Below are positions 10,740 through 19,955 of a stretch of 64,000 nucleotides of DNA, in pieces. Numbering within the stretch: position 1 is the first letter of the stretch; every line of letters begins with the position of its first letter. Origin of the DNA: an uncultured Rikenellaceae bacterium (GTDB taxonomy: Bacteria > Bacteroidota > Bacteroidia > Bacteroidales > VadinHA17); contig CAWDHN010000012.1 in NCBI GenBank assembly GCA_963802145.1, forward strand, positions 291,567 through 355,566, written 5' to 3'. A model generated the notes under the pieces. It was not told the DNA's origin. It did no database searches and saw nothing but the letters and a program-made list of their open reading frames with translations. Both the position numbers and the translations under genes were made by a program.

Positions 10740-12410
10740 ATGCGAAAAAATCCCTTTTGCACCCTTGTATTAATATTTCTGTTGTTATTCGCCGGCTGCC
10801 GTCAGGGGAGCAACCCGGCCTCAGGACCGGGGAAGAAATCCGGGACTCCAATTACAGCCGCAACTGATGATTTCTACCAGGAGACAAGTCAGGAGGCAGG
10901 ACTCGATTTTGTTCACTCCATCGGCGATGACGACCTCACCAATATTATCCAGTCAGACGGCGGAGGCGCTGCCTTTTTCGACTTTGACCAGGATGGCTTC
11001 ATAGATATTTATGTGTGCAGCGGTACATGGCTTGAAGGATTCAGCAAGAGCGAAAAGCCATCTGAAATGCCCGGGAATCGCCTTTACAGGAACAGGGGCA
11101 ACGGATCATTTGAAGATGTTACGAAGAAGGCAGGTGCCAGCGGGCCATGGTACACCATGGGAGTGGTAGCCGGTGATTTCAACAATGACGGCTACCCTGA
11201 TCTTTTTCTCAGCAATTACGGAGCTAATGTCCTGCTGAGGAATGACCGCAACGGAACATTCACTGATGTAACAAAAAAAGCAAATGTTGCCGGCGGGAAT
11301 GAGTGCAGCGTCGGTGCCGCATGGGCGGATTATGACAATGACAGCTTTCTCGATCTCTATGTGGGCAATTATCTTGCCTTTGATCCGGATTACAAGTATT
11401 ACTATGCACCTGACGGATTTCCGGGACCAATGGCCTACGATGCCCAGAAGGATGTCCTTTACCATAACAACGGCGACGGTACCTTTGAAGATGTAACTGA
11501 GAAAATGGGAATCAGGGACATTGACGGAAGGGCAATGGGAGTCGGTGCAGCTGATTATGACGATGACGGGTTCATCGATATCTTCGTTGCCAACGATCAC
11601 ACATTGAACTATCTGTGGCACAACGATGGCGGCAAGGGATTTACAGATAAGGGAACCATGTCGGGAACCGGCTTCAGTCAGGGTGGAGAAGCCACCGTAA
11701 GCATGTCAGTCGACTTTGCCGATTATAATAACGACGGACTGCTTGACCTGTTTGTTTCGGATGACACCTATTGCTCCCTTTATGAGAATCTGGGCAACGG
11801 GGTATTCTCTGACAGGGGAGTCTCATCTAATATCTCAATGCAGGCTGCACAGTTCGTAGGATGGTCGTCTTCGTTCATGGATTTTGATAATGACGGTGAT
11901 CAGGACATATTCAAAACCAACGGCGCACTGAAACATCTGTATGGCCAGGAAGATCAGATTTTTGAAAATCAGGGGAACGGATTATTCAAGGATATTTCTC
12001 TGGAGCTCGGCAGGTATTTCAGCGAGGAACATGTTGGAAGAGGTGCATGCATCGGGGATTACGACAATGATGGCGATCTCGATATCTTCATAGTCAATCT
12101 TAACAGCAGGGCAGTTTTTCTCAGGAATAACAAGGGGAATCAGAACAACTGGCTTATGCTTGGACTGGAAGGTACTGTAAGCAACAGGGAAGGGATAGGG
12201 GCAAGGGTGAAGATAACATCCGGAGGCAAGACACAGATAGCACAGAGAAAAACAACCACCGGCTACCTTTCCCAGAATGATCCGAGAATTCATTTCGGCC
12301 TGGCAGGCAATAATATGGTCGAAAGGATCGAGATAAAATGGCCCTCGGGAAAGGTACAGATCCTTGAAAATGTAAAAGCCAACCAGATACTCGAAGTAAA
12401 GGAACCTTAA
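10740..12410 (+). CDS. CRTAC1-family FG-GAP/VCBS-repeat lipoprotein with a C-terminal ASPIC/UnbV domain
   Basis: Lipobox (LLLFAGC). Repeated FDFDQDGFIDIY, GDFNNDGYPDLF, ADYDNDSFLDLY, ADYDDDGFIDIF, ADYNNDGLLDLF, MDFDNDGDQDIF, GDYDNDGDLDIF. UnbV/ASPIC-type C-terminus (GIGARVKITSGGKTQIAQRKTTTGYLSQNDPRIHFGL..IEIKWPSG). Confidence 0.85.
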   Translation: MRKNPFCTLVLIFLLLFAGCRQGSNPASGPGKKSGTPITAATDDFYQETSQEAGLDFVHSIGDDDLTNIIQSDGGGAAFFDFDQDGFIDIYVCSGTWLEGFSKSEKPSEMPGNRLYRNRGNGSFEDVTKKAGASGPWYTMGVVAGDFNNDGYPDLFLSNYGANVLLRNDRNGTFTDVTKKANVAGGNECSVGAAWADYDNDSFLDLYVGNYLAFDPDYKYYYAPDGFPGPMAYDAQKDVLYHNNGDGTFEDVTEKMGIRDIDGRAMGVGAADYDDDGFIDIFVANDHTLNYLWHNDGGKGFTDKGTMSGTGFSQGGEATVSMSVDFADYNNDGLLDLFVSDDTYCSLYENLGNGVFSDRGVSSNISMQAAQFVGWSSSFMDFDNDGDQDIFKTNGALKHLYGQEDQIFENQGNGLFKDISLELGRYFSEEHVGRGACIGDYDNDGDLDIFIVNLNSRAVFLRNNKGNQNNWLMLGLEGTVSNREGIGARVKITSGGKTQIAQRKTTTGYLSQNDPRIHFGLAGNNMVERIEIKWPSGKVQILENVKANQILEVKEP

Positions 12411-12425
12411 AGCCACTGGCCCTCT

Positions 12426-13856
12426 ATGATTAAGCGGATACTCATTTTGAGTGAAATTATTTTGGTGGGGCTGGCTTGTACGATAAGTATATCGTGCGGT
12501 AAACATGCCTCAGATGATAATAAACTGATCCTTACGGAAGCTCCCGGAAATGTAAACCCGCCTGATTATTCAGGCGGGGCATCATGGCGTAATTTGCCCG
12601 GTGCAAGGATCAGTTCAATCGATTTAAAAAGATCCGGTTCACAAAAAACACTGACAGGGGATTTTTATTCAGCCTGCTTCCCTGAAATTTCTTATGACGG
12701 AAAGTTCATGCTCTTTACAGGTCAGCATAATGAAAGTGATCCATGGCAGATATGGGAAATGAACCTGAAGACTCTTAAATACAGGCAGGTTACTTCAGGC
12801 ACGGAAGATTGTGCTGACCCCGTCTATCTGCCGGGTGAGCGAATTGTATTCAGCAGACTGACTGTCAATGATACGGTTAAGTCGGCACGCTGCCTTTATA
12901 CCTGCAATGCCGATGGCTCGGACCTCACACAGATAACATTCAGCCCTGATGACAATCTTGCCACAACGGTATTAAAAGATGGCCGCCTGCTTACAGTCAG
13001 ACACAGGTTACTGCCGGATCAGGGAGGACCAATGCTGGCAGTTATGCGACCTGACGGCACAAAAGCTGAAAAGTTCTACTCTGGTCCGGGAAATAACATA
13101 CACCTGAACCGCGCACATGAAACTGATGATGGCACTGTCATATTTGCTGAATCGTACGGTGAAAGCCCTGCCAGATACAGACTGGTTTCAATACTATATA
13201 ACAGACCATTGCATTCAAGAACTGACCTGACATCATCGGTCCCCGGGGATTTTTATAATGTACTTCCGCTCAGGCCCGACAAATATCTTGTCTCCTACCG
13301 TAAATCAGATTCAGATCGTTTTGCGCTTTATGAGTTTAATCCTGAAAAGGGATCACTCGGACCGGAAGTCTTTATTGAAAATGATTATCACATACTTGAT
13401 ATCGTCAGCGTCAAACCGCATGAGAGACCAAAAAAACTTCCAAGCGAAGTGGATGTGCAGGTGAAAACAGGGTTGCTTTTATGCCAGGATATTAACTTCA
13501 AGGATCCTTTTCTTCCGGAGAATTCCTCCTTAATGAAAAAAGCCCTGAAGATTGAGGTGCTGGGCGTTGATACAACCTATGGAGTAGTAGATGTGGAAAA
13601 CGACGGTTCATTTCAGCTGAAAGTGATGGCAGATAAGCCTTTCCGTATACGAACACTTGATAAGGACGGCAATGTTGTCGGCGGTCCGGGTTCATGGTTA
13701 TGGTTGCGACCGAATGAACGGCGGGGATGTATAGGATGCCACGAGAATCCTGAGCTGGCTCCTGAAAACATAGTGTCACTTGCAGTTAAAAAATCACCTG
13801 TTATAATACCTGTTCATATAACAGATGTCAAAGAGAAGATTGTTGAACTTGAATAG
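12426..13856 (+). CDS. Exported lipoprotein with a TolB/PD40-like beta-propeller region and one C-terminal haem c motif (CXXCH); resembles hydrazine-synthase-alpha middle-domain proteins
   Basis: Lipoprotein signal (LACTISISCGK). PD40-like segments (PEISYDGKFMLFTG, YTCNADGSDLTQITFSP, MRPDGTKAEKF). Single CXXCH, CIGCH, at nt 13728-13742 in the context WLWLRPNERRGCIGCHENPELAPE. The HzsA-middle-domain resemblance is from memory of that family, not from a search. Confidence 0.55.
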   Translation: MIKRILILSEIILVGLACTISISCGKHASDDNKLILTEAPGNVNPPDYSGGASWRNLPGARISSIDLKRSGSQKTLTGDFYSACFPEISYDGKFMLFTGQHNESDPWQIWEMNLKTLKYRQVTSGTEDCADPVYLPGERIVFSRLTVNDTVKSARCLYTCNADGSDLTQITFSPDDNLATTVLKDGRLLTVRHRLLPDQGGPMLAVMRPDGTKAEKFYSGPGNNIHLNRAHETDDGTVIFAESYGESPARYRLVSILYNRPLHSRTDLTSSVPGDFYNVLPLRPDKYLVSYRKSDSDRFALYEFNPEKGSLGPEVFIENDYHILDIVSVKPHERPKKLPSEVDVQVKTGLLLCQDINFKDPFLPENSSLMKKALKIEVLGVDTTYGVVDVENDGSFQLKVMADKPFRIRTLDKDGNVVGGPGSWLWLRPNERRGCIGCHENPELAPENIVSLAVKKSPVIIPVHITDVKEKIVELE

Positions 13857-13857
13857 T

Positions 13858-15903
13858 ATGGGAAGATTCGTAAAAATTATTATACCTGCGGCAATCCTTG
13901 TTATTCTTGGTTTTGTAATCTATAAGCCTTATCACAGGTGGGCCAGGGAACATGTCAATAATCTGACTGCTACAACTGACCACCCGCTGAAATGCGCATC
14001 GTGCCACCTTTATATTCAAAAAACAGGGCCTGTTTCAAAGATTGTCAATGCGAAATACTATTCGCCGTTTAATCTGGCATCGTCACCTGATGGAAAATTC
14101 CTTTATGTGGTTGCAGAGGAAGGCGATGCATTGCTGGTTGTAAACACTGAAAAGAACAAAGTCACGAAGGAGATTAAGGTAGGTGTCCGTCCGCACACAG
14201 TTGTCGTGAGCAGCGACGGGAAGACTGCCTATGTAAGCAACCAGTGGTCAGATAATGTGTCGGTAATTGATCTTGAAGAATACATCGTCACAGAGACACT
14301 TAAGACGGGGGGAGGACCGGCCGGCCTTACCCTCAGCGCTGACGGGAATTGGCTTTATGCAGCCAATTCATTTTCATCCGACCTGTCAATAATCGACCTT
14401 GCTTCAGGTGTTGAGCGGAACAGGCTGCTTACAGGGAATAATCCCACCGGAGTACAATTAAGTCCTGATGGAAACCTGGTGATGGTCACCAGCCGCCGGA
14501 CACTTGGGTTACCATATGGGGATTCTTTAAGGTGCGAGCTTACGGTGGTGAATGACAAAAAGCAGAGGGTTGCTGAACGCCTCGATATTAAACAGGCCTA
14601 TATGATGGAGAATATTGCCTTTACTCCTTCGGGCGACCTGGCAATAATTCCCCTTATAAGGCCTAAAAACAATGTCCCGACACTGCAGATCGAAAGAGGA
14701 TGGATGATGACAAACGGTATAGGGATCATTGAACAGAAACCTCCGGGAAGGACCATACAGTTGCTTCTTGACGAACCCAATGCCTATTATGCCGATCCCT
14801 TTGATATTGAAATAACTCCGGACGGGAAAAAAGCTTTTGTTTCACATGCGGGGGTCGATCGTATATCTGTAATTGATATAGACGCAATACGGAAACTTAT
14901 TTCTGAGTCGGACGACAGGATGCTTACTGCATATTCCAACTACCTGGGCATAAGCAGCAGAATAGTTCTCAGACGTATTCCCACGGGAGCAAACCCCAAG
15001 GGAATGGCCTTGTCACCAGATGGGAACAAGCTTTATGTTGCTGAGCATCTTGAGGACAGAATAGCCGTAATCAGCACTGAAAGCCTTGAGACAATCGGTA
15101 ACATACCCCTCGGCGGACCACGCAGGATAACAGTAGCCCGTGAAGGCCGCCGTCTGCTCAACAATGCCGGAGGCACATTCCAGAATCAGTATTCATGTTA
15201 TACATGTCATCCTGATGTACATGAAGACGGGCTGGTCTACAACATGGCATCGAAAGATATGGGTCGCAATGTGACAAATACGCAATCGCTCAGAAACATC
15301 GGGGAGACTCCTCCTTATAAATGGAACGGGAAAAACCAGAGTATCTACAAGCAGGACGGAATGCGATTTTCGACAGTTCTTACAAGAACCGAGGCTTTCA
15401 GTTATAAGGAACTTGACGCTCTTACGGCATACGTAATGGCAGGAATACCCAATCCGCCAAATCTGCAATACAATCCTGATGGAGAACTTACTGATTCTCA
15501 AAGACGCGGTAAGGAGATTTTTGAAAGAACACATGATTTCAACGGAGTAGAAATACCGGTTTTCAACCGCTGTGTCACCTGCCATCCTGCTCCCTTTTAT
15601 ACCAATAAGAAAATGGTGGATGTCGGCACCCTTGCGGCCAGTGACGATTCAATCTTTTTTGACACGCCGCATCTTAACAATATAGTCTATTCGCCGCCTT
15701 ACCTTCATGATGGCCGTGCTGCTACCCTCGAAGAGATATGGACCATCTATGGGAAAACCGAAGAACATGGGGCGGTCAATGACCTCACAAAAACCAATCT
15801 TAACGATCTGGTGGAATATCTGAAATCTCTCAGGGATGAGGAGTATGATAAAAAACCCGCTTCAATAAACCAGGCCTCTTTTGCTCAAAAAAAGGTGAAA
15901 TAA
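13858..15903 (+). CDS. Membrane-anchored tri-haem protein: N-terminal CXXCH, YVTN-type beta-propeller, and a C-terminal di-haem cytochrome c peroxidase/MauG-like domain
   Basis: N-terminal TM helix (FVKIIIPAAILVILGFVIY). CXXCH motifs: CASCH 13993-14007, CYTCH 15196-15210, CVTCH 15571-15585. YVTN-like repeats (SPDGKFLYVVAEEGDALLVVN, SSDGKTAYVSNQWSDNVSVID, SADGNWLYAANSFSSDLSIID, SPDGNKLYVAEHLEDRIAVIS). CCP signature context (TPHLNNIVYSPPYLHDGRAATLEEIW). I prefer the ATG at 13858, 1 nt after the upstream stop, over the track start at 13825. Confidence 0.75.
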   Translation: MGRFVKIIIPAAILVILGFVIYKPYHRWAREHVNNLTATTDHPLKCASCHLYIQKTGPVSKIVNAKYYSPFNLASSPDGKFLYVVAEEGDALLVVNTEKNKVTKEIKVGVRPHTVVVSSDGKTAYVSNQWSDNVSVIDLEEYIVTETLKTGGGPAGLTLSADGNWLYAANSFSSDLSIIDLASGVERNRLLTGNNPTGVQLSPDGNLVMVTSRRTLGLPYGDSLRCELTVVNDKKQRVAERLDIKQAYMMENIAFTPSGDLAIIPLIRPKNNVPTLQIERGWMMTNGIGIIEQKPPGRTIQLLLDEPNAYYADPFDIEITPDGKKAFVSHAGVDRISVIDIDAIRKLISESDDRMLTAYSNYLGISSRIVLRRIPTGANPKGMALSPDGNKLYVAEHLEDRIAVISTESLETIGNIPLGGPRRITVAREGRRLLNNAGGTFQNQYSCYTCHPDVHEDGLVYNMASKDMGRNVTNTQSLRNIGETPPYKWNGKNQSIYKQDGMRFSTVLTRTEAFSYKELDALTAYVMAGIPNPPNLQYNPDGELTDSQRRGKEIFERTHDFNGVEIPVFNRCVTCHPAPFYTNKKMVDVGTLAASDDSIFFDTPHLNNIVYSPPYLHDGRAATLEEIWTIYGKTEEHGAVNDLTKTNLNDLVEYLKSLRDEEYDKKPASINQASFAQKKVK

Positions 15904-15915
15904 AATCATAAAAAA

Positions 15916-17109
15916 ATGTCTCACAAATATTTAATTAAGTACTCAGCTTTTACAATCATCCTGGCAGCAATTGTACTGGCTGGCATAATGCTTTTAAAAA
16001 GAGCGGATAAATCTGAAAAGCCGGTGAAGAGTGAACATATGTCCGTTTCAGGTACCTATACAAACAGTTCAGACAAAGATCTTCCGGGCAGTTCGGGTTT
16101 TATAAAAGAAGCAAAGGAAATGCCTGTCTATGGCAACTGGCGTAACTTCACAACAAAAGACGGACTGCTTTCCGATCATGCCTATACGGTGCGCATCATC
16201 GGAGACAGCGTGCTTGTTGGCACTCACGAGGGTCTTGCAGTCTACTCCGGGGGGAAATGGCGTAATTATACCACTAATGACGGATTGGCTCATAATGGTG
16301 TGGTGTCAATCGATTACAGCAAACTGACAGGCGATATCTGGATTGGAACCCTGGGGGGCCTGAACCGTTGGTCATCCGGTAAATTTGAAACTTTCAACCA
16401 GTTTAACAGCGGCATGCCTAACGATCTGGTCTATTGCGTTTATTGTGACGGGAAAGACGTGTGGGTTGCAACCGGAGGCGGAGCAGGACATTATGACACC
16501 TTTACAAGGGTGTGGGAAATATTCACTGAACAGAATGCCCCGATGCATGAGCCCTGGACCTATGGCGTTTCAACCGGCGATGGCAAGGCATTTATCGCTG
16601 CCTGGGGAGGAGGAGTGATAGAGTATAATATGGCAACCAGGCACTTCAGGGATTATGTCGACCCTGACGGCTTTATGGAAATAGATCTTCAGCCTGATGA
16701 TGGTATTATCCACGACATTACCACAGCTACAGCTTATGCAGAGGGTATCCTGTGGGTTTCAACTTACTTCGGGATGAGCCGGTATGACGGCAAAAACTGG
16801 AAGGGCTATTTTGATCACGACAGCGGCCTGGCAAGCAATTTTATCAACTTCCTCAGGGCTGAAGGCCGGAAGGTATTTGTTTGCAGCGATAACGGATTAA
16901 GCAGCACAGACGGGACCACATGGGTTACATATAAAAAGGACGATAACAGTGAAAACGGGAAGGCCATAATTACAAACGGAACAGAAAAAAAGGAGATCCC
17001 CTTATCACCTTCAATAGCACACAATTTTATTATCGGCGTGGATGCCGATGAAAATTACCTGTGGGTTGCTACCTCAAAAGGGGTCAGCCGTGGAGAACTT
17101 ATGAGATAA
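15916..17109 (+). CDS. Membrane-anchored beta-propeller protein with two-component-regulator propeller (Reg_prop) repeats and no kinase or output domain
   Basis: N-terminal TM helix (AFTIILAAIVLAGIMLL). Repeats of the Reg_prop type (TTKDGLLSDHAYTVRI..VLVGTHEGLAVY; TTNDGLAHNGVVSIDY..IWIGTLGGLNRW; SGMPNDLVYCVYCDGKDVWVATGGG). Confidence 0.65.
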   Translation: MSHKYLIKYSAFTIILAAIVLAGIMLLKRADKSEKPVKSEHMSVSGTYTNSSDKDLPGSSGFIKEAKEMPVYGNWRNFTTKDGLLSDHAYTVRIIGDSVLVGTHEGLAVYSGGKWRNYTTNDGLAHNGVVSIDYSKLTGDIWIGTLGGLNRWSSGKFETFNQFNSGMPNDLVYCVYCDGKDVWVATGGGAGHYDTFTRVWEIFTEQNAPMHEPWTYGVSTGDGKAFIAAWGGGVIEYNMATRHFRDYVDPDGFMEIDLQPDDGIIHDITTATAYAEGILWVSTYFGMSRYDGKNWKGYFDHDSGLASNFINFLRAEGRKVFVCSDNGLSSTDGTTWVTYKKDDNSENGKAIITNGTEKKEIPLSPSIAHNFIIGVDADENYLWVATSKGVSRGELMR

Positions 17110-17156
17110 ATAGAGATGACTATAACAGAAACAAAATTAAAATCACAATAACTGAT

Positions 17157-17732
17157 ATGGAGAACAGGCAGCTACTTATAGATCCGTCAAGAATCACGGA
17201 TGGAGAACGGGAAGAAATGATAAAATTAGGGATACTTTCTGAAGATAACCGTATACGTGAATACATATATCCTGAGCTTCACAGGGAGCGCCCGCCGATT
17301 GAGAAACATGTGGTTCATGCCCCGCAGGTTCTTAATGAGGCTTATAATTATCAAAAACCATCCTCCTTCTCCAGGGCATTAAGGCTTGAATTCGGAGGCT
17401 ATAAGATCTTGCTTATATCTGGCACTGCCAGTGTTAATGAAGAGGGCAAAGCCGAACACATCGGTGATTTCAAAGCACAGGCCTGGAGGACTTACAGGAA
17501 TATCACCACCCTGTTGTCTGCTGAGGATATGACGTGGCATGATGTAGTAAGGACCACCAACTATCTGAGGGACATTGAACGTGACTATGAGGAGTTTAAT
17601 AAGATCCGGACTTCCTTCTTCCGATGGCTGAATCTTGACCCGCTGCCTGCCAGCACCGGAATCCAGGCAAGGCTTTGCTGGGAAACCCTCCTTGTGGAGA
17701 TCGAGGCTTATGCAGTTTGTAAAATCAAATAA
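17157..17732 (+). CDS. YjgF/RidA-fold (endoribonuclease L-PSP superfamily) protein with an N-terminal extension of about 70 aa; no signal peptide
   Basis: Core ILLISGTASVNEEGKAEHIGDFKAQAWRTYRNITTLLSAEDMTWHDVVRTTNYLRDI...STGIQARL...LVEIEAYA. The SGTAS motif (canonical RidA has SGQ) is what I recall from the chorismatase (FkbO/Hyg5/XanB2) branch, which is unverified. I prefer the ATG at 17157 (MENRQLL). The track start at 17061 overlaps the upstream gene. Confidence 0.65.
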   Translation: MENRQLLIDPSRITDGEREEMIKLGILSEDNRIREYIYPELHRERPPIEKHVVHAPQVLNEAYNYQKPSSFSRALRLEFGGYKILLISGTASVNEEGKAEHIGDFKAQAWRTYRNITTLLSAEDMTWHDVVRTTNYLRDIERDYEEFNKIRTSFFRWLNLDPLPASTGIQARLCWETLLVEIEAYAVCKIK

Positions 17733-17742
17733 TTTACCTTAT

Positions 17743-19065
17743 ATGAAGCATCATAACAGGCTTTTACTTATTGCCCTCCTTTTTGCCATTCAGCCGCTTT
17801 CATGTCTGACAGGGCAGGAGAAACCCGCTAACTATGGGAACATCCCGGATGAACTGGTTGCTTATGATAAATACATGAAAGCCTATAAGTATCATTTTCT
17901 GACGCCTACACAGTTTTATGGCGCAGGACGTGAAATTCCTCCTCCTGCGAATCTGGAAGAGGTCAGAATTGGTTTCCTTGGGCCATTGGAAGGATCACCT
18001 ATCGTATCGCTTGGAAAGCAGATGCTCCAGGGTTCCCAGCTTGCAATTGAAGAAGCCAATAAAAAAGGAGGCTACAATGGCATACCTTACAGGCTGATGA
18101 TCCACACTGACGTAGGCTTGTGGGGTGCTGCTGCCAACGAAGTTGTCAAAATGGATGATGAGAAGGTCTGGGCCTGGCTCGGTACGATCGATGATAACAA
18201 TTCACATGTGGCAATCAGGGCCACCCTGAAACTGGAGATTCCCAACATGAATACAGGGGATCCGGATCCCACGTTTACTGAAACCAACATCCCGTGGGTT
18301 GTACGTGTAATCCCTGATGACCGGCAAAGCGGCTATGTCCTGGTTGACCGGATTTACAGAACCGACAAGCACTCACGTGTGGCGGTAATGAGAGCAAACA
18401 ACCGTTACGGCCGGGTCGGGATCCTTCATTTCAGCCGCTCAGCCACCCGTCTCGGATTCCCGGTTATAATTGAAGAACGTTTCAGTGACGGGGAGACGGA
18501 TTTTAAGGAACGTCTTGAAAGGATAAAGAAGATTTCACCAGATGCCATCGTAATCTGGGGAAATGCTAAGGAATCCGCACTTATTCTCAGGCAGATTCGG
18601 GAACTTGGCATGAAACAGCCTGTTTATGGTTCTGACAGGATGGTCAATCCCGAATTCCTGGAGATAGCAGGTAAGCTGGCTGATGGTGTAGTGACCACCT
18701 GTCAGTATAACCCTGACTCGGATAATCCCAAATTGAAGGCATTTAAGTCCAGCTATATCAAAAGGTTTGGTCAGGAACCTGATGTTTTTGCCGCCCACGC
18801 TTATGACGGCATGAATATTCTCATTGCAGCCATTGAGAAGGCCGGATTGAACCGGGTATTAATACGTGATGTGCTGACTGATCTGAAAACCTTCCAGGGG
18901 TATCAGGGGGTCACCGGTGTAATGAATTTTGACGCAACCTGGAATAACGTCAGACCTATTTTCCTGGCTGAGTGCGTTAACGGCAAATTCAAATTTTCGC
19001 CCGCTCCTCCTTTTGATAAAGGCGACCAGATATATAAGAAACCTAAAACAGGATATCAATATTAA
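17743..19065 (+). CDS. Periplasmic substrate-binding protein, LivK/Peripla_BP_6 type (orphan: no permease or ATPase nearby)
   Basis: Signal peptide ([21 protein letters not shown]). Type I SBP features ([75 protein letters not shown]). I prefer the ATG at 17743. Confidence 0.78.
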   Translation: MKHHNRLLLIALLFAIQPLSCLTGQEKPANYGNIPDELVAYDKYMKAYKYHFLTPTQFYGAGREIPPPANLEEVRIGFLGPLEGSPIVSLGKQMLQGSQLAIEEANKKGGYNGIPYRLMIHTDVGLWGAAANEVVKMDDEKVWAWLGTIDDNNSHVAIRATLKLEIPNMNTGDPDPTFTETNIPWVVRVIPDDRQSGYVLVDRIYRTDKHSRVAVMRANNRYGRVGILHFSRSATRLGFPVIIEERFSDGETDFKERLERIKKISPDAIVIWGNAKESALILRQIRELGMKQPVYGSDRMVNPEFLEIAGKLADGVVTTCQYNPDSDNPKLKAFKSSYIKRFGQEPDVFAAHAYDGMNILIAAIEKAGLNRVLIRDVLTDLKTFQGYQGVTGVMNFDATWNNVRPIFLAECVNGKFKFSPAPPFDKGDQIYKKPKTGYQY

Positions 19066-19076
19066 CACATTTAGAA

Positions 19077-19955
19077 ATGGAGTCAGATAATTACAACGAT
19101 CCTGCAGTGATCGGAGGATGTTCAGTTCACGTCAGGGTGGACAGAAAGTCAAAACCTGATCCGACAATTGTTGATGTAAAGGGAATAAAGTTCGGATCTG
19201 CAGAGGTTGTCATTATTGCCGGACCCTGTTCGGTTGAAAGCCGCGAACAAATGATGGAGACAGCTAAGGCTGTCAGGTCAGCAGGAGGAGTGATTTTAAG
19301 GGGAGGTGCCTTCAAACCCCGTTCGTCTCCCTATAATTTCCAGGGACTGGGAGAGGAAGGACTGAAATTGCTTCAGGAGACCAGAAGTGAAACAGGGTTG
19401 CCAATTGTCACAGAAGTTATGGATACCCGGATGGTTGAACTGGTTGCCGGATATGCTGATATGCTGCAGATAGGCTCACGGAATATGCAGAACTATCCAT
19501 TGCTGAAGGAGGTCGGGATGCTCCGCAAACCGGTATTGCTGAAACGCGGAATGATGGCAACAATAGAGGAGTTTTTGCTGGCTGCAGAATACATTCTTAA
19601 CCAGGGAAACGAACAGGTAATCCTGTGCGAAAGGGGGATACGCACTTTTGAAACCGCCACCAGAAATACCCTTGATCTTGGCGCTGTGCCTATGCTTAAG
19701 CATCTGAGCCATCTTCCGGTGATTGTTGATCCGAGTCACGGAACCGGACACCGGTGGATGGTGCCTTCAATGGCCAAAGCAGCTGTTGCTGCCGGAGCCG
19801 ACGGACTCATAATGGAAGTACATTATAAACCCCATGAGGCCCTGTGCGACGGACATCAATCGCTGAGCCCCGATGAATTTACACTTCTGATGACTGATCT
19901 GAGGAAGATTGCACAAGCTGTCGGCAGGGATATTTATCCTCATGAGATTAAGTAA
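19077..19955 (+). CDS. 3-deoxy-7-phosphoheptulonate (DAHP) synthase, type I-beta
   Basis: [152 protein letters not shown]. This is the I-beta DAHPS pattern, not the KdsA pattern. Confidence 0.88.
   Translation: MESDNYNDPAVIGGCSVHVRVDRKSKPDPTIVDVKGIKFGSAEVVIIAGPCSVESREQMMETAKAVRSAGGVILRGGAFKPRSSPYNFQGLGEEGLKLLQETRSETGLPIVTEVMDTRMVELVAGYADMLQIGSRNMQNYPLLKEVGMLRKPVLLKRGMMATIEEFLLAAEYILNQGNEQVILCERGIRTFETATRNTLDLGAVPMLKHLSHLPVIVDPSHGTGHRWMVPSMAKAAVAAGADGLIMEVHYKPHEALCDGHQSLSPDEFTLLMTDLRKIAQAVGRDIYPHEIK

Noticed and set aside
12426-15903. Calling the haem/propeller pair a genuine hydrazine synthase (anammox)
   Set aside because: Only the domain architecture is similar. The alpha-type protein lacks the second haem domain. 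The window contains no hydrazine dehydrogenase/HAO-like octahaem gene, no nitrite reductase and no ladderane-related gene. The genomic background is a saccharolytic Bacteroidota.
8492-19942. Upstream-extended starts given in the ORF track (8492, 13825, 17061, 17635, 19909; also 59381)
   Set aside because: The extensions overlap the preceding gene or add non-signal residues ahead of an obvious native N-terminus (MKILIVEDE, MGRFVKIII.., MENRQ.., [13 protein letters not shown].., MRLSKAIC.., [10 protein letters not shown]). Internal ATGs give compact junctions.
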